A stretch of DNA of 32,000 nt from Thermodesulfobacteriota bacterium. Its GTDB lineage: Bacteria > Desulfobacterota > WTBG01 > JAGOGO01. The stretch lies in the NCBI GenBank assembly GCA_026625185.1, contig CP113000.1, positions 1,515,622-1,547,621 of the forward strand, written 5' to 3'. The notes beneath the pieces are model-generated. The model made no database searches. It saw nothing but the letters and a program-made list of their open reading frames with translations, and was not told the DNA's origin. This document shows positions 17,090 to 25,171 of this stretch, one piece after another. Positions within the stretch are counted from its first letter, which is position 1. Each line of letters starts with the position of its first letter. The translations under genes were made by a program, and so were the position numbers.

Positions 17090-19609
17090 TCAACCGGCAA
17101 CCGGGGTAACTGCCATCTCCGTTGGTTTCTTCGGGATGGTGATAATCGTTGGAGTAATAAAAATAATCATTTCGGTTTTTTGCCTTTGCTTGTAGTCGCC
17201 TTTAAATACAAAGTTTAAAATCGGTATCCGGCCGAAAAAAGGAACACTGTTACGGGTATCTTTATTGGTGTCTTCATAAATGCCGCCAATCACGACCGTA
17301 TCCCCGCTGCGAACTAAAACCTTGGTTATTGCCTTGCGGGTATCAATGCCGGGTTGGTTTCCAGCGCCAGTCAAGGCTGACATCTGATCTTTTTTAGCCT
17401 CAATATCCATCATCACACTTCCGTCCGGCGTTACATGAGGAACAACCTTCAAAGAAAGGGTTACCTTTTTAAATTCAGTCGTTGCAAAAGTACTTACCTG
17501 GCTTGACTGCGAATCCACTTTCAGGTAAGGAATCTCAGCCCCTTGCTCAACCAGAGCCTCCTGGTTGTCGAGCGTCATAACCCGCGGGCTGGAGATGATC
17601 TCAAGTTTTTCGTCCTTTTCCATGGCGGCAATTTTATTAAAAATATTAAAGTTGTCCCTAAAAAAGCCCCACGCAATCGAACCACCAACCCCTGGCCCGA
17701 TCGTAGAGGGCGCGAGGTCAAGTATGGTTTGTGCAGTATTCACAAAGGTAGGACCGTTGCCCGGTATACCGTTGCCACTTACGTCGCCCCCGGCGCCGAT
17801 GATGCCTCCCCCGGCGGGAGCTTGTATATCACCACCCCAACTCACTCCAAGCTCCTTGGTATAGGTAGGGTTTATCTGAATGATTTTAGCCTCGATCAGC
17901 ACCTGAGGAATCGGAGTGTCCAAATTATCAACGATTGTTCTCGCTTCCTTAATGTTTTGTTCGATATCGATGATGATCAAGGTGTTGGTGCGCTGATCAA
18001 CCTCAATGCTCCCTCTCTTGGAAAGAACTTTAGAATTTTGAAGAACCGTTTTTAATTCCTTAGCCTGAGCATAGTTGATCGGAATGAGCGCTTTTTTCAG
18101 CGGTTCGAGTTTTGCTTCGCTTTCCTGGGCAGCAAGAGCATCCTTTTTTTGTTTTGCAAGCTTTTCAAGCGGGGCAATCTGGAGAATATTTCCCTCAAAA
18201 GACTTTCCCAGATTGTTGCTTAAAAGAATGGTGTCAAGAGCCTGGTCCCAGGGAACATCCTGAAGCTTGATGGTCACTGTGCCTTTGACATCCTCTCCCG
18301 CCACAATATTTAAGCCACTCACTTCTGCAATTAACCTCAGGATGTTGTTGATGTCGGCATCTTTAAAATCGAGAGAAATACGGGTTCCGGTATATTTTTT
18401 GGGTTCTCCTTCCAGCGCGCCAAGGGTTGCCCCAACCTCAGTTGCTTGGGCGGGCTTTTCCCCCTGCGTAACCTTTGCTGGACTTTTTTCTTCCTTTGCG
18501 GGAGTTTGTTCGGGCTTCTCAGCCGGTTTTTCAATTGCGGGTGCAGCCTCCTTTGCCTCCTGAATTTGTTTTTCCACTGACGACGGCACCGTTTCAGCGG
18601 GTGTTATTGCTGTTTGTGCTTCGACTGTAGCTTTCGGAGCTGGAGTTAAAGGAGAAGCCGCGGCTTCATCATTTTTTGTCTCTTCAGTTTTTCCCTCCGA
18701 TAGTGCTTCTTCTGATTTTGTTTCCGGAGAAGAAGCTAAAGACCCCGAAGCCTGGGCTGCCGATGGTGTTAATACCATTAATTGAGACTTCCTTTCCTCA
18801 AACCCCGCGCCAAAAAATATTGTAGCCCCTTGGGCAGTGGGAACTACTTCGAATGTGGGCAATTTACTCAAAGAAGATTCAAAAACCATGCGCAAGTAGT
18901 CAGGGTGTCTCCCCCAGCGTACTTTCTTAATAAAGGGGCATTTAGATGCCTTTTCTTTGCCCGACACAAGCAAGTTAAGCTTAGGGAAATCTATTACCAG
19001 ACGAGTTGGTTTACGAAGATTAAAAGAATTAAAACTTTCGATGATCCCATCTGCTATAACATCAACGCGGGTATAATCCTTATTCGTATCGTCAATAATA
19101 ACATCCAACACTTTTTCCGCTTTTTTCACTGCCGGAAGATGCGTAGGGAAATCAATCCAAAGATCGTTTTCGGTGGGGAGCACCTCGTAGTGAGCCGTGT
19201 TATTCATCGCAATTTCAACACGGGCAAAGTTCTTTCCCTCTTTTTCAAGCTCTGATGGAACAATTTCCGAAACCACTCCCTTGCTCACCGGAATAGGCTC
19301 AGCAGGAATTGCGAGTCGCCCGCCTGCCACATCAATGATCAGTCGAAGCGGTGAATCCGCCTGCGTAACTTCATAGGTGAGAGGCGCAGATCCTTTAATA
19401 ACCACTCTAACAGCATCCTCTTTCTCTTCTACCGCAATGTTGGAAACTAAGGCGAGTTGTTGGGGAGTTGTGACGCCCTCCGAAGCTGCTCCCGGTGGTT
19501 GTTGAGTTGCGGGTTGGGGTTGAGTTGCACACCCCCCCAGCAAAAGAACTACCGCTAGTATTTCAAATATCCTTTTAAATACTAAGCCTCGATAATTCAT
19601 TAAGCTCAT
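17090..19609 (-). CDS. pilQ: Type IV pilus secretin PilQ (two AMIN-like domains, long Pro/Ala/Glu/Lys linker, N0/N1 and secretin domains); N-terminal lipobox
   Basis: 839 aa. Secretin C-domain motifs (IEAKI..., PFFGRIPILNFVFK..., EMIIFITP). AMIN-like repeats (..LRLIIDV.., ..RLVIDFP..). Signal sequence ending LLLGGC (Cys27). ATGA overlap with the upstream pilP-like gene. Confidence 0.88.
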   Translation of the reverse strand: MSLMNYRGLVFKRIFEILAVVLLLGGCATQPQPATQQPPGAASEGVTTPQQLALVSNIAVEEKEDAVRVVIKGSAPLTYEVTQADSPLRLIIDVAGGRLAIPAEPIPVSKGVVSEIVPSELEKEGKNFARVEIAMNNTAHYEVLPTENDLWIDFPTHLPAVKKAEKVLDVIIDDTNKDYTRVDVIADGIIESFNSFNLRKPTRLVIDFPKLNLLVSGKEKASKCPFIKKVRWGRHPDYLRMVFESSLSKLPTFEVVPTAQGATIFFGAGFEERKSQLMVLTPSAAQASGSLASSPETKSEEALSEGKTEETKNDEAAASPLTPAPKATVEAQTAITPAETVPSSVEKQIQEAKEAAPAIEKPAEKPEQTPAKEEKSPAKVTQGEKPAQATEVGATLGALEGEPKKYTGTRISLDFKDADINNILRLIAEVSGLNIVAGEDVKGTVTIKLQDVPWDQALDTILLSNNLGKSFEGNILQIAPLEKLAKQKKDALAAQESEAKLEPLKKALIPINYAQAKELKTVLQNSKVLSKRGSIEVDQRTNTLIIIDIEQNIKEARTIVDNLDTPIPQVLIEAKIIQINPTYTKELGVSWGGDIQAPAGGGIIGAGGDVSGNGIPGNGPTFVNTAQTILDLAPSTIGPGVGGSIAWGFFRDNFNIFNKIAAMEKDEKLEIISSPRVMTLDNQEALVEQGAEIPYLKVDSQSSQVSTFATTEFKKVTLSLKVVPHVTPDGSVMMDIEAKKDQMSALTGAGNQPGIDTRKAITKVLVRSGDTVVIGGIYEDTNKDTRNSVPFFGRIPILNFVFKGDYKQRQKTEMIIFITPTIITIPKKPTEMAVTPVAG

Positions 19610-20688
19610 TTGCCTTTCCTCTCTTCTTCTGCTCCTGTGTGGAGTTTTATTCGTATTGCCTTCGTTTTTGTTTCACCGAAAATATCGGCTGATTCCTCAG
19701 TAATAACAATTTCATTTTCTAAAATACCCGTTACCTTGCCCTGTTTGTTCCCGATAGAAGAACCTTTGGTAATGATGTATCCCTTACCGGCTGAATCTTC
19801 AACAAGCGCACGCGGGTTATCAATATTCCAAATAATTGCAACCAATTTCAACTGGCTGAGTTCATATTTTTGCAATGGTTGGATGGCCTTGTCAGCCTCT
19901 TCTTTACGGCGTTTTACCTCAAGAATGAACGGTTTGAACGGATCAGGTTTGCCCGTAGGATCATAGATATAACCGCCAGATTTCGGTTTTTTCGGTCCTG
20001 CAAACAATGTATCCAAAAATGTTAAGCCTTTACCCTCACAGGTCGCCTTCATAATTTCTGGCTGCGCCTTATCCTGATTATAGCGCCAGAAAAGCGCGTT
20101 TTCTTCGATCTGGTCAGCATTACTCTCCAGAATTTTGCCCGGCAAAATCAAAGTAAACTCGACTGAATAAGGTCCCTGCCTCTTTTTCTGTTCAAGGTCT
20201 TTGCGGATACTCTCAGTTTCCATTTGAAAACCTAAATTGTTATTTTTGTCTCGGTAAAAACTGGCTTCCCCTTGACGGAAAGCTTTTGTGTTAAGTAAAT
20301 TTTGTTTTGCGTTAAGTAAATTTTGTAGTGTATCAAAAGTTACGGTATAAAAAACATGAAGCTTCTCTTCCTTCTTTTCAAAAACAGCCTTTTCGATTTT
20401 AATCCCTTCTCCTTGGAATTGTTCCCTCAAATCCTTTTCGGTTGTAACAAGACCATCAAAAATAGGCCTAGCTGTCGTGTTATCCTCTGATTTTTGAGCT
20501 TGTTCTAACTCCTGAGTCAACTCTTCTCCCAGAATATACATGACCTCTAACTGTCCTGAACCATCCTTTTTCAAAGTTAATTTATTCTCCGACTCTAAGC
20601 AGCCCTGAAGGAGAAGAAACAAGGGTATGGCAAAGCAGTATAAAGTCAGTTTGAGAGATAAATTCTTTTTAAAAAATAGCATTTTCAT
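19606..20688 (-). CDS. pilP: PilP-like pilus assembly lipoprotein with a ~200-aa N-terminal extra domain
   Basis: 360 aa. Lipobox LLLQGC (Cys30). The C-terminal ~110 aa (DPFKPF...LSQLKLVAII....ALVEDSAGKGYIITKGSSIG...GKVTGILENEIVI) matches the PilP beta-sandwich pattern. Positioned between pilO and pilQ. Confidence 0.65.
   Translation of the reverse strand: MKMLFFKKNLSLKLTLYCFAIPLFLLLQGCLESENKLTLKKDGSGQLEVMYILGEELTQELEQAQKSEDNTTARPIFDGLVTTEKDLREQFQGEGIKIEKAVFEKKEEKLHVFYTVTFDTLQNLLNAKQNLLNTKAFRQGEASFYRDKNNNLGFQMETESIRKDLEQKKRQGPYSVEFTLILPGKILESNADQIEENALFWRYNQDKAQPEIMKATCEGKGLTFLDTLFAGPKKPKSGGYIYDPTGKPDPFKPFILEVKRRKEEADKAIQPLQKYELSQLKLVAIIWNIDNPRALVEDSAGKGYIITKGSSIGNKQGKVTGILENEIVITEESADIFGETKTKAIRIKLHTGAEEERKGK
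20284..20325. repeat. In-frame 21-nt tandem duplication inside the pilP-like gene
   Basis: The units 20284-20304 and 20305-20325 are near-identical and encode QNLLNAK-QNLLNTK. Confidence 0.8.
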
Positions 20689-20728
20689 AATTTTGAGAAA
20701 TCAGTTGTTTTTTGTTTCTGGGCTTTTT

Positions 20729-21376
20729 TTATTCTTCCTTGGTTTTTCCTTTTTGTTTAGTTCTTTTCCTTGGTTTTTCCTTTTTGTTTAGTTCTTCCTT
20801 TGCTGCCGGAGTTTCAATAAACATAAAGGTGGTGGCTAAACACGATGTCGTCACTACCATTTTTTCACCTTCTTCTTGTGGTTTTTCCATAACAACATTG
20901 CTTATGTTAACTATTCGATCAAGGTTGCCTACCCGGCTAAAAAAACCGGCTACTTCATGATAACCGCCCTCCACCTTGATTTCTACCGGGATTTCCGAAT
21001 AAAATTCTTTGGGGGATTCGGGTTTGGGACGAAAAAGTATAAAATTAAGTCCCGATTCTTTTCCTAATGATGAAATGGTAGTTAAAAGCTGAGGAATCTC
21101 TTTCTTGTCCGGTAGCTGAGCCTTTTTAATTTCAAGATCTTTTCTTACACTTTCCAGTTTTGCTTCGAATACTTTCGGATCTTGAGCCACTCTCTTCTTT
21201 TCATTTAAGTCCTGTTCCAATTTTGTATATTCTTTATCTTTGGCATCAAGTTTTTGATAAGCAGGTAAAAGAAGATATTGGCCCATCACCAACACTATAA
21301 GTAAAATAATTATTACCAAAAACCCCAATTTTTTGGGCATTGAAAGCTTCATTATATCGTCAAAGGTTATTGCCAA
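20729..21376 (-). CDS. pilO: Type IV pilus assembly protein PilO
   Basis: 215 aa. Single TM, coiled coil, and a ferredoxin-like C-domain (FY.EIPVEIKVEGGYHEVAGFFSRVGNLDRIVNI). Lys-rich tail. Confidence 0.78.
   Translation of the reverse strand: MAITFDDIMKLSMPKKLGFLVIIILLIVLVMGQYLLLPAYQKLDAKDKEYTKLEQDLNEKKRVAQDPKVFEAKLESVRKDLEIKKAQLPDKKEIPQLLTTISSLGKESGLNFILFRPKPESPKEFYSEIPVEIKVEGGYHEVAGFFSRVGNLDRIVNISNVVMEKPQEEGEKMVVTTSCLATTFMFIETPAAKEELNKKEKPRKRTKQKGKTKEE
20734..20795. repeat. 31-nt (out-of-frame) tandem duplication at the 3' end of pilO
   Basis: tccttggtttttcctttttgtttagttct occurs at 20736-20764 and again at 20767-20795 (period 31). The two copies are read in different frames (EELNKKEKPR / KRTKQKGKTKEE). 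Confidence 0.85.
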
Positions 21377-21413
21377 GATTTCTCCCTTACATTTTCGATT
21401 TTTTGTCTTTTCA

Positions 21414-21995
21414 TCACCGCTTGGTTGAAGCTTCTTGGATTGACTCTAAGCTTTTAATTGCTTTAAGAGTGGTGGTAAGAGAAAATTTTTTTAATAAATA
21501 ATCATCTACTTTTGCCTCCTCCGAAAACTGAAGCTCAACGTTTTCAAACTCAGGAGAATTCTCCAAATTATTCATAAATTGAGCAATTGTCTCATTATCA
21601 AAGGCTACGCCATTAAGCGCTAGTTTCGCACCTTGGCACTTTAAATTAGTTAGCCACATCCTTTCCCGGACAATTCCCGTGGAAAGGGATGCTAATATTT
21701 TTGCCGGTCCGGATTTGTTTTCTTCCAGTTGCTCAATTACCTTAACCTTCTGTTCCAGGAGGGCAGTATTTTTTTTAAGCTCAGTAATCTTTTCTTCGTC
21801 TTTTTTAAGCTGTTTGAGTTCATTCTTGGTGTCTAAAATCTTTCTATCGAGAGCGTCTGCGCTTCTTTGAAGATAGAACCAAATTCCTAGTACTATAACA
21901 ATAGCCAAGCATACTACCAATACTGCGAAAATCCCTTGGTCAAGATAGGGAGATTTTTTCTTTGCTTTTTCTCGGGGAAGTAGGTTAATCCTCAT
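21414..21995 (-). CDS. pilN: Type IV pilus assembly protein PilN
   Basis: 193 aa. The conserved N-terminal INLLP motif, a single TM, a coiled coil and a C-terminal ferredoxin-like domain. Abuts the pilM stop. Confidence 0.8.
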   Translation of the reverse strand: MRINLLPREKAKKKSPYLDQGIFAVLVVCLAIVIVLGIWFYLQRSADALDRKILDTKNELKQLKKDEEKITELKKNTALLEQKVKVIEQLEENKSGPAKILASLSTGIVRERMWLTNLKCQGAKLALNGVAFDNETIAQFMNNLENSPEFENVELQFSEEAKVDDYLLKKFSLTTTLKAIKSLESIQEASTKR

Positions 21996-23051
21996 TTACT
22001 CCTCCAGTTTTCGGAGCGCTAACCCTACACCGACAGCCGCAATAGGTCTTATTTCTTTTATAAGATCGGGATCAAACTGGGCTTCGTTATATTTTATCTC
22101 CCGGAAAGAATCAAAAAATTCAACCGAAACGCCAACCCGTTCGGCAATCAAGTCTTTGATTCCAGGAAGTTGAGAAGCGCCCCCAGTCAGGTAAATCTTT
22201 TTTACTTCCTCCTCGGTGGTAGAAGCAGCGTGCAAATCTAATGATCGCTGAATTTCTACTGCCAATGCTAAGGATACATCGTGAATAATTTTATCTAAAT
22301 GATCATAGTCAACGTGTTCCAATTCACCACCCTTTTTTAAGTCTTCTGCTTCTTCCTCGCTCACCGCCAATTGCTTCTGAATCTCTTCGCTAAGTTTGTT
22401 GCCGCCCATAAATATATCTCGAGAAAAGGTGCTTTTCCCTTCTTTGACCACATTGATATTTATTACCCCGGCCCCCAAATCAATTAAGGCCACAACTGGC
22501 ACCTTTTCATCCGGATAATTGAACTCATAAGCATTCTCTAAGGCAAATGAATCAATATCCACAATGACCGGCTCCAAACCAGCTTCGTTAATAACTTCAA
22601 CGTATTCATTGATGAGGGACTTTTTGGCCGCCACTAAAAGAACTTCCATTTGATCAGGATTGGCTTCATTAATTCCTATAACCTGATAATCAATATTTAC
22701 CTCTTCAATATCAAACGGTATATATTGTTCTGCTTCAAACTTGATTGATTCAGCGAGCTCATCGTCATTCATGGTATTAGTGACAATCTTCTTGATAATA
22801 ACAGGGTGGCCGGAGATGGAAGTGGCAACATACTTGGTTTTGGGTTTTAAGCTGCTGGTAAGGTTGGTGATCGCATTAACCAGGGCAGAGGAATTTTTTA
22901 ATACTCCATTGACAATTGTTTCCTTGGGGAGCAAAGAACTTCCAAAATTTTTAAGCTCATAACGTTTTTTAGTCTCCTCCAGTTCAACCATTTTTACGCC
23001 GCTGGTTCCTATATCAAGCCCCAGGATCCCTTTTGATTTCTTTAAAAACAT
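21996..23051 (-). CDS. pilM: Type IV pilus assembly ATPase-fold protein PilM (actin-like)
   Basis: 351 aa. GLDIGTSGVKMVEL N-terminus, DLGAG.. phosphate-2 motif, and LTGGAS..PG motif. Confidence 0.9.
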   Translation of the reverse strand: MFLKKSKGILGLDIGTSGVKMVELEETKKRYELKNFGSSLLPKETIVNGVLKNSSALVNAITNLTSSLKPKTKYVATSISGHPVIIKKIVTNTMNDDELAESIKFEAEQYIPFDIEEVNIDYQVIGINEANPDQMEVLLVAAKKSLINEYVEVINEAGLEPVIVDIDSFALENAYEFNYPDEKVPVVALIDLGAGVININVVKEGKSTFSRDIFMGGNKLSEEIQKQLAVSEEEAEDLKKGGELEHVDYDHLDKIIHDVSLALAVEIQRSLDLHAASTTEEEVKKIYLTGGASQLPGIKDLIAERVGVSVEFFDSFREIKYNEAQFDPDLIKEIRPIAAVGVGLALRKLEE

Positions 23052-23069
23052 TGAGAAGTTTCTCCAAAA

Positions 23070-23270
23070 TTAATCATCTGTAAAGACATTATTTTTTTCG
23101 GATAGCTTTAGCCCTAAGGCAAGAATGATTTTTCTCTTGGTATCCATGCGACAACCGATTCCCCTTTCTATTCTGGTAAGAGTTAAGGGGGAAATACCCG
23201 CGGTTCGCGCCAGTTCGGCCTTGCTCATAAGGCGTTCTTCTCTAAGTTTACGTACTTGATTTTTTCCCAA
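23070..23270 (-). CDS. Small XRE-family helix-turn-helix transcriptional regulator
   Basis: 66 aa, TTG start. An HTH_3 pattern (LREERLMSKAELARTAGISPLTLTRIERG). Its stop is 18 nt upstream of the pilM ATG. Confidence 0.75.
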   Translation of the reverse strand: MGKNQVRKLREERLMSKAELARTAGISPLTLTRIERGIGCRMDTKRKIILALGLKLSEKNNVFTDD

Positions 23271-23357
23271 TCTTTTACCTGATTATTGATTATTGTCCAT
23301 AAAACTATAAAATTTTATTAATTAATAATCAAATAAAAACATTATCTTGAATACTAA

Positions 23358-23384
23358 AATATAAAGTTATTTTTAGTTTGTCAA
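23358..23384 (-). promoter_or_regulatory. Candidate sigma70 promoter for the xre-pilMNOPQ operon
   Basis: On the minus strand: TTGACA (23384-23379), a 15-nt spacer, then TATATT (23363-23358). It sits inside a 213-bp very AT-rich spacer. The spacer length is suboptimal, so this is tentative. Confidence 0.3.
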
Positions 23385-23483
23385 GCTTTTTTTTTAATAT
23401 CTTTGAATTTTTTTAAAAATTAAATATTTTCAGATAATTAAATAGCATCATTTAGCAATAAATGAATAGGAAATTAAACATAA

Positions 23484-25043
23484 TTATCTATTTTTTCTGT
23501 TTACTGTTACCCCAATTACCATAAACAGTAGTAAGACTATTCCGCACAAACCTACTCCAACATCACCATATTGAGAGTAAAATGTGGAAGAAAAATTAAC
23601 CGGAATCTCTCCTTTACAAAAAGTCCGCTCAAATAGTGGTGTTTGTTTCAGGATATACCCGGTAGGTTCGATTATTCCTGAGATTCCGGAGTTTGCCGCT
23701 CGCACTATTGCTGTTCGATTTTCAATTGCCCGAAACACGGCCATGGAAAAATGTTGGTAAGGCGCACTTGATCGTCCAAACCAAGCGTCGTTAGTGATAG
23801 TTACCAGAAAATTTGCTCCTGATTTGCAGTAATTCCGGGATAAGCTCGGAAAGACAATCTCATAGCAGATAAGAACCCCAAATCGCGCCCTGGGTATCGA
23901 AAACAAAGTTAAGTTTTTGCCAGGGGAAAAATCCCCCACTCCCACAACCATCTTTTCCACAAAAGGCAGGAAGGGTTTCAAAGGAACATACTCACCAAAA
24001 GGCACCAGATGAACCTTATCATACCGGCTCATTTTTTTATCCTCAGGCGATACTAAAAAAGCGCTATTAAAATATTTATGGTCTTCCGGCCGGCTCCCTG
24101 CCTCATAAGCCAAACTTCCAAAAAGAATTGGCGCAGTTACCTTTTTGGCCAAGCTAAAAAGAAATGGTCCATACTCGTGTTCAGGTGAAAAATAGCAAGG
24201 GACTGCGGTTTCCGGCCAAACAATAAGGTCGGAATGATCTTTCGCAGCCATTATCGTAAGGCGGCGGTATATATCGAGTGTCTCAGTGGTATAAGTAGGG
24301 TCCCATTTTTGCGCTTGATCCATGTTCCCTTGAATAAGAGAGACTTGAATATGAATGCTGTTTTTATTTGCCTTTTTGATTTTCTCAATACGAAAGTGTC
24401 CGTAAAAAATTACGCTTAGTAAAACACCCAGGGTAACTATCGTATAAAGAAAGGGGAACGGGTTAACACGGAATCGAACCCACTTTACCATAAGGTATAC
24501 GGAAACATTAGCAAGCACTATGAGAAAGCTTACCCCGTACACTCCGGTTATATCACTTATTTGAATGAGAAAAAGATGTTGATACTGCGAGTATCCGAGC
24601 AATCCCCAAGGAAAACCCGAAAGCAGGTAAGTGCGAAGAAATTCTAATAGTATCCATACAACAGGGGCAATAACTGCCGGCTCAATACAAAAGCGGTTCC
24701 GAAAAAAATTTAGGAGTCCTCCAAAGGCCCCCACATAAAGCCCCAGATATAAAGAAAGCAGTACTAAGAGGAAAAAACTGATTGCATCGGAGAGATTTCC
24801 ATAAAGGGCCATGGATACAGTAACCCAGGAAATAAGAGTTGAAAAATGGACTATGCCGGTTATCCAACCTAAAAAAAATGCTTTTCTGGGGGAAGCACCC
24901 TCAAGTGCCATAAACAAGGGTATGAAGCTGATCCAGGCAACCTGACTGAGGCCAAATTTAGGAAAAGGTAAGGTGAGAAGAATTCCCGCAAAAGAAGATA
25001 AAAAAAATTCTAATAAAAATTTCTGAATCGCCTTTTTTTTCAT
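23484..25043 (-). CDS. lnt: Apolipoprotein N-acyltransferase
   Basis: 519 aa. N-terminal multi-TM region, then a nitrilase/CN-hydrolase domain (WPE catalytic Glu region; K..LVPFGEYVP; VLICYE catalytic Cys). Confidence 0.9.
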   Translation of the reverse strand: MKKKAIQKFLLEFFLSSFAGILLTLPFPKFGLSQVAWISFIPLFMALEGASPRKAFFLGWITGIVHFSTLISWVTVSMALYGNLSDAISFFLLVLLSLYLGLYVGAFGGLLNFFRNRFCIEPAVIAPVVWILLEFLRTYLLSGFPWGLLGYSQYQHLFLIQISDITGVYGVSFLIVLANVSVYLMVKWVRFRVNPFPFLYTIVTLGVLLSVIFYGHFRIEKIKKANKNSIHIQVSLIQGNMDQAQKWDPTYTTETLDIYRRLTIMAAKDHSDLIVWPETAVPCYFSPEHEYGPFLFSLAKKVTAPILFGSLAYEAGSRPEDHKYFNSAFLVSPEDKKMSRYDKVHLVPFGEYVPLKPFLPFVEKMVVGVGDFSPGKNLTLFSIPRARFGVLICYEIVFPSLSRNYCKSGANFLVTITNDAWFGRSSAPYQHFSMAVFRAIENRTAIVRAANSGISGIIEPTGYILKQTPLFERTFCKGEIPVNFSSTFYSQYGDVGVGLCGIVLLLFMVIGVTVNRKNR

Positions 25044-25087
25044 CAGCCTGTTAAGACAAATCGTAGAGCAATCTCATTGCCAACGAA

Positions 25088-25134
25088 CAAATAAAAAGGA
25101 CAGCGGTTTCCATCAAAGATGGAAATAACTGTCC
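25088..25134 (-). terminator. Rho-independent terminator after the 141-aa gene
   Basis: On the minus strand: ggacag-tta-tttccatc ttt gatggaaa-ccg-ctgtcc (25134-25098), followed by tttttatttg. Confidence 0.6.
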
Positions 25135-25171
25135 ATAAGGTTAATTAATTGACTGGGCACTCAGAAGAGTA

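Noticed and set aside
25066-25079. gcaatctcattg in the lnt leader, matching 12 nt of the 8365-8400 stem of the fabZ-lpxA element
   Set aside because: A single 12-mer match within 32 kb on both strands is expected by chance many times over, and the flanks do not match. It is not a third copy.
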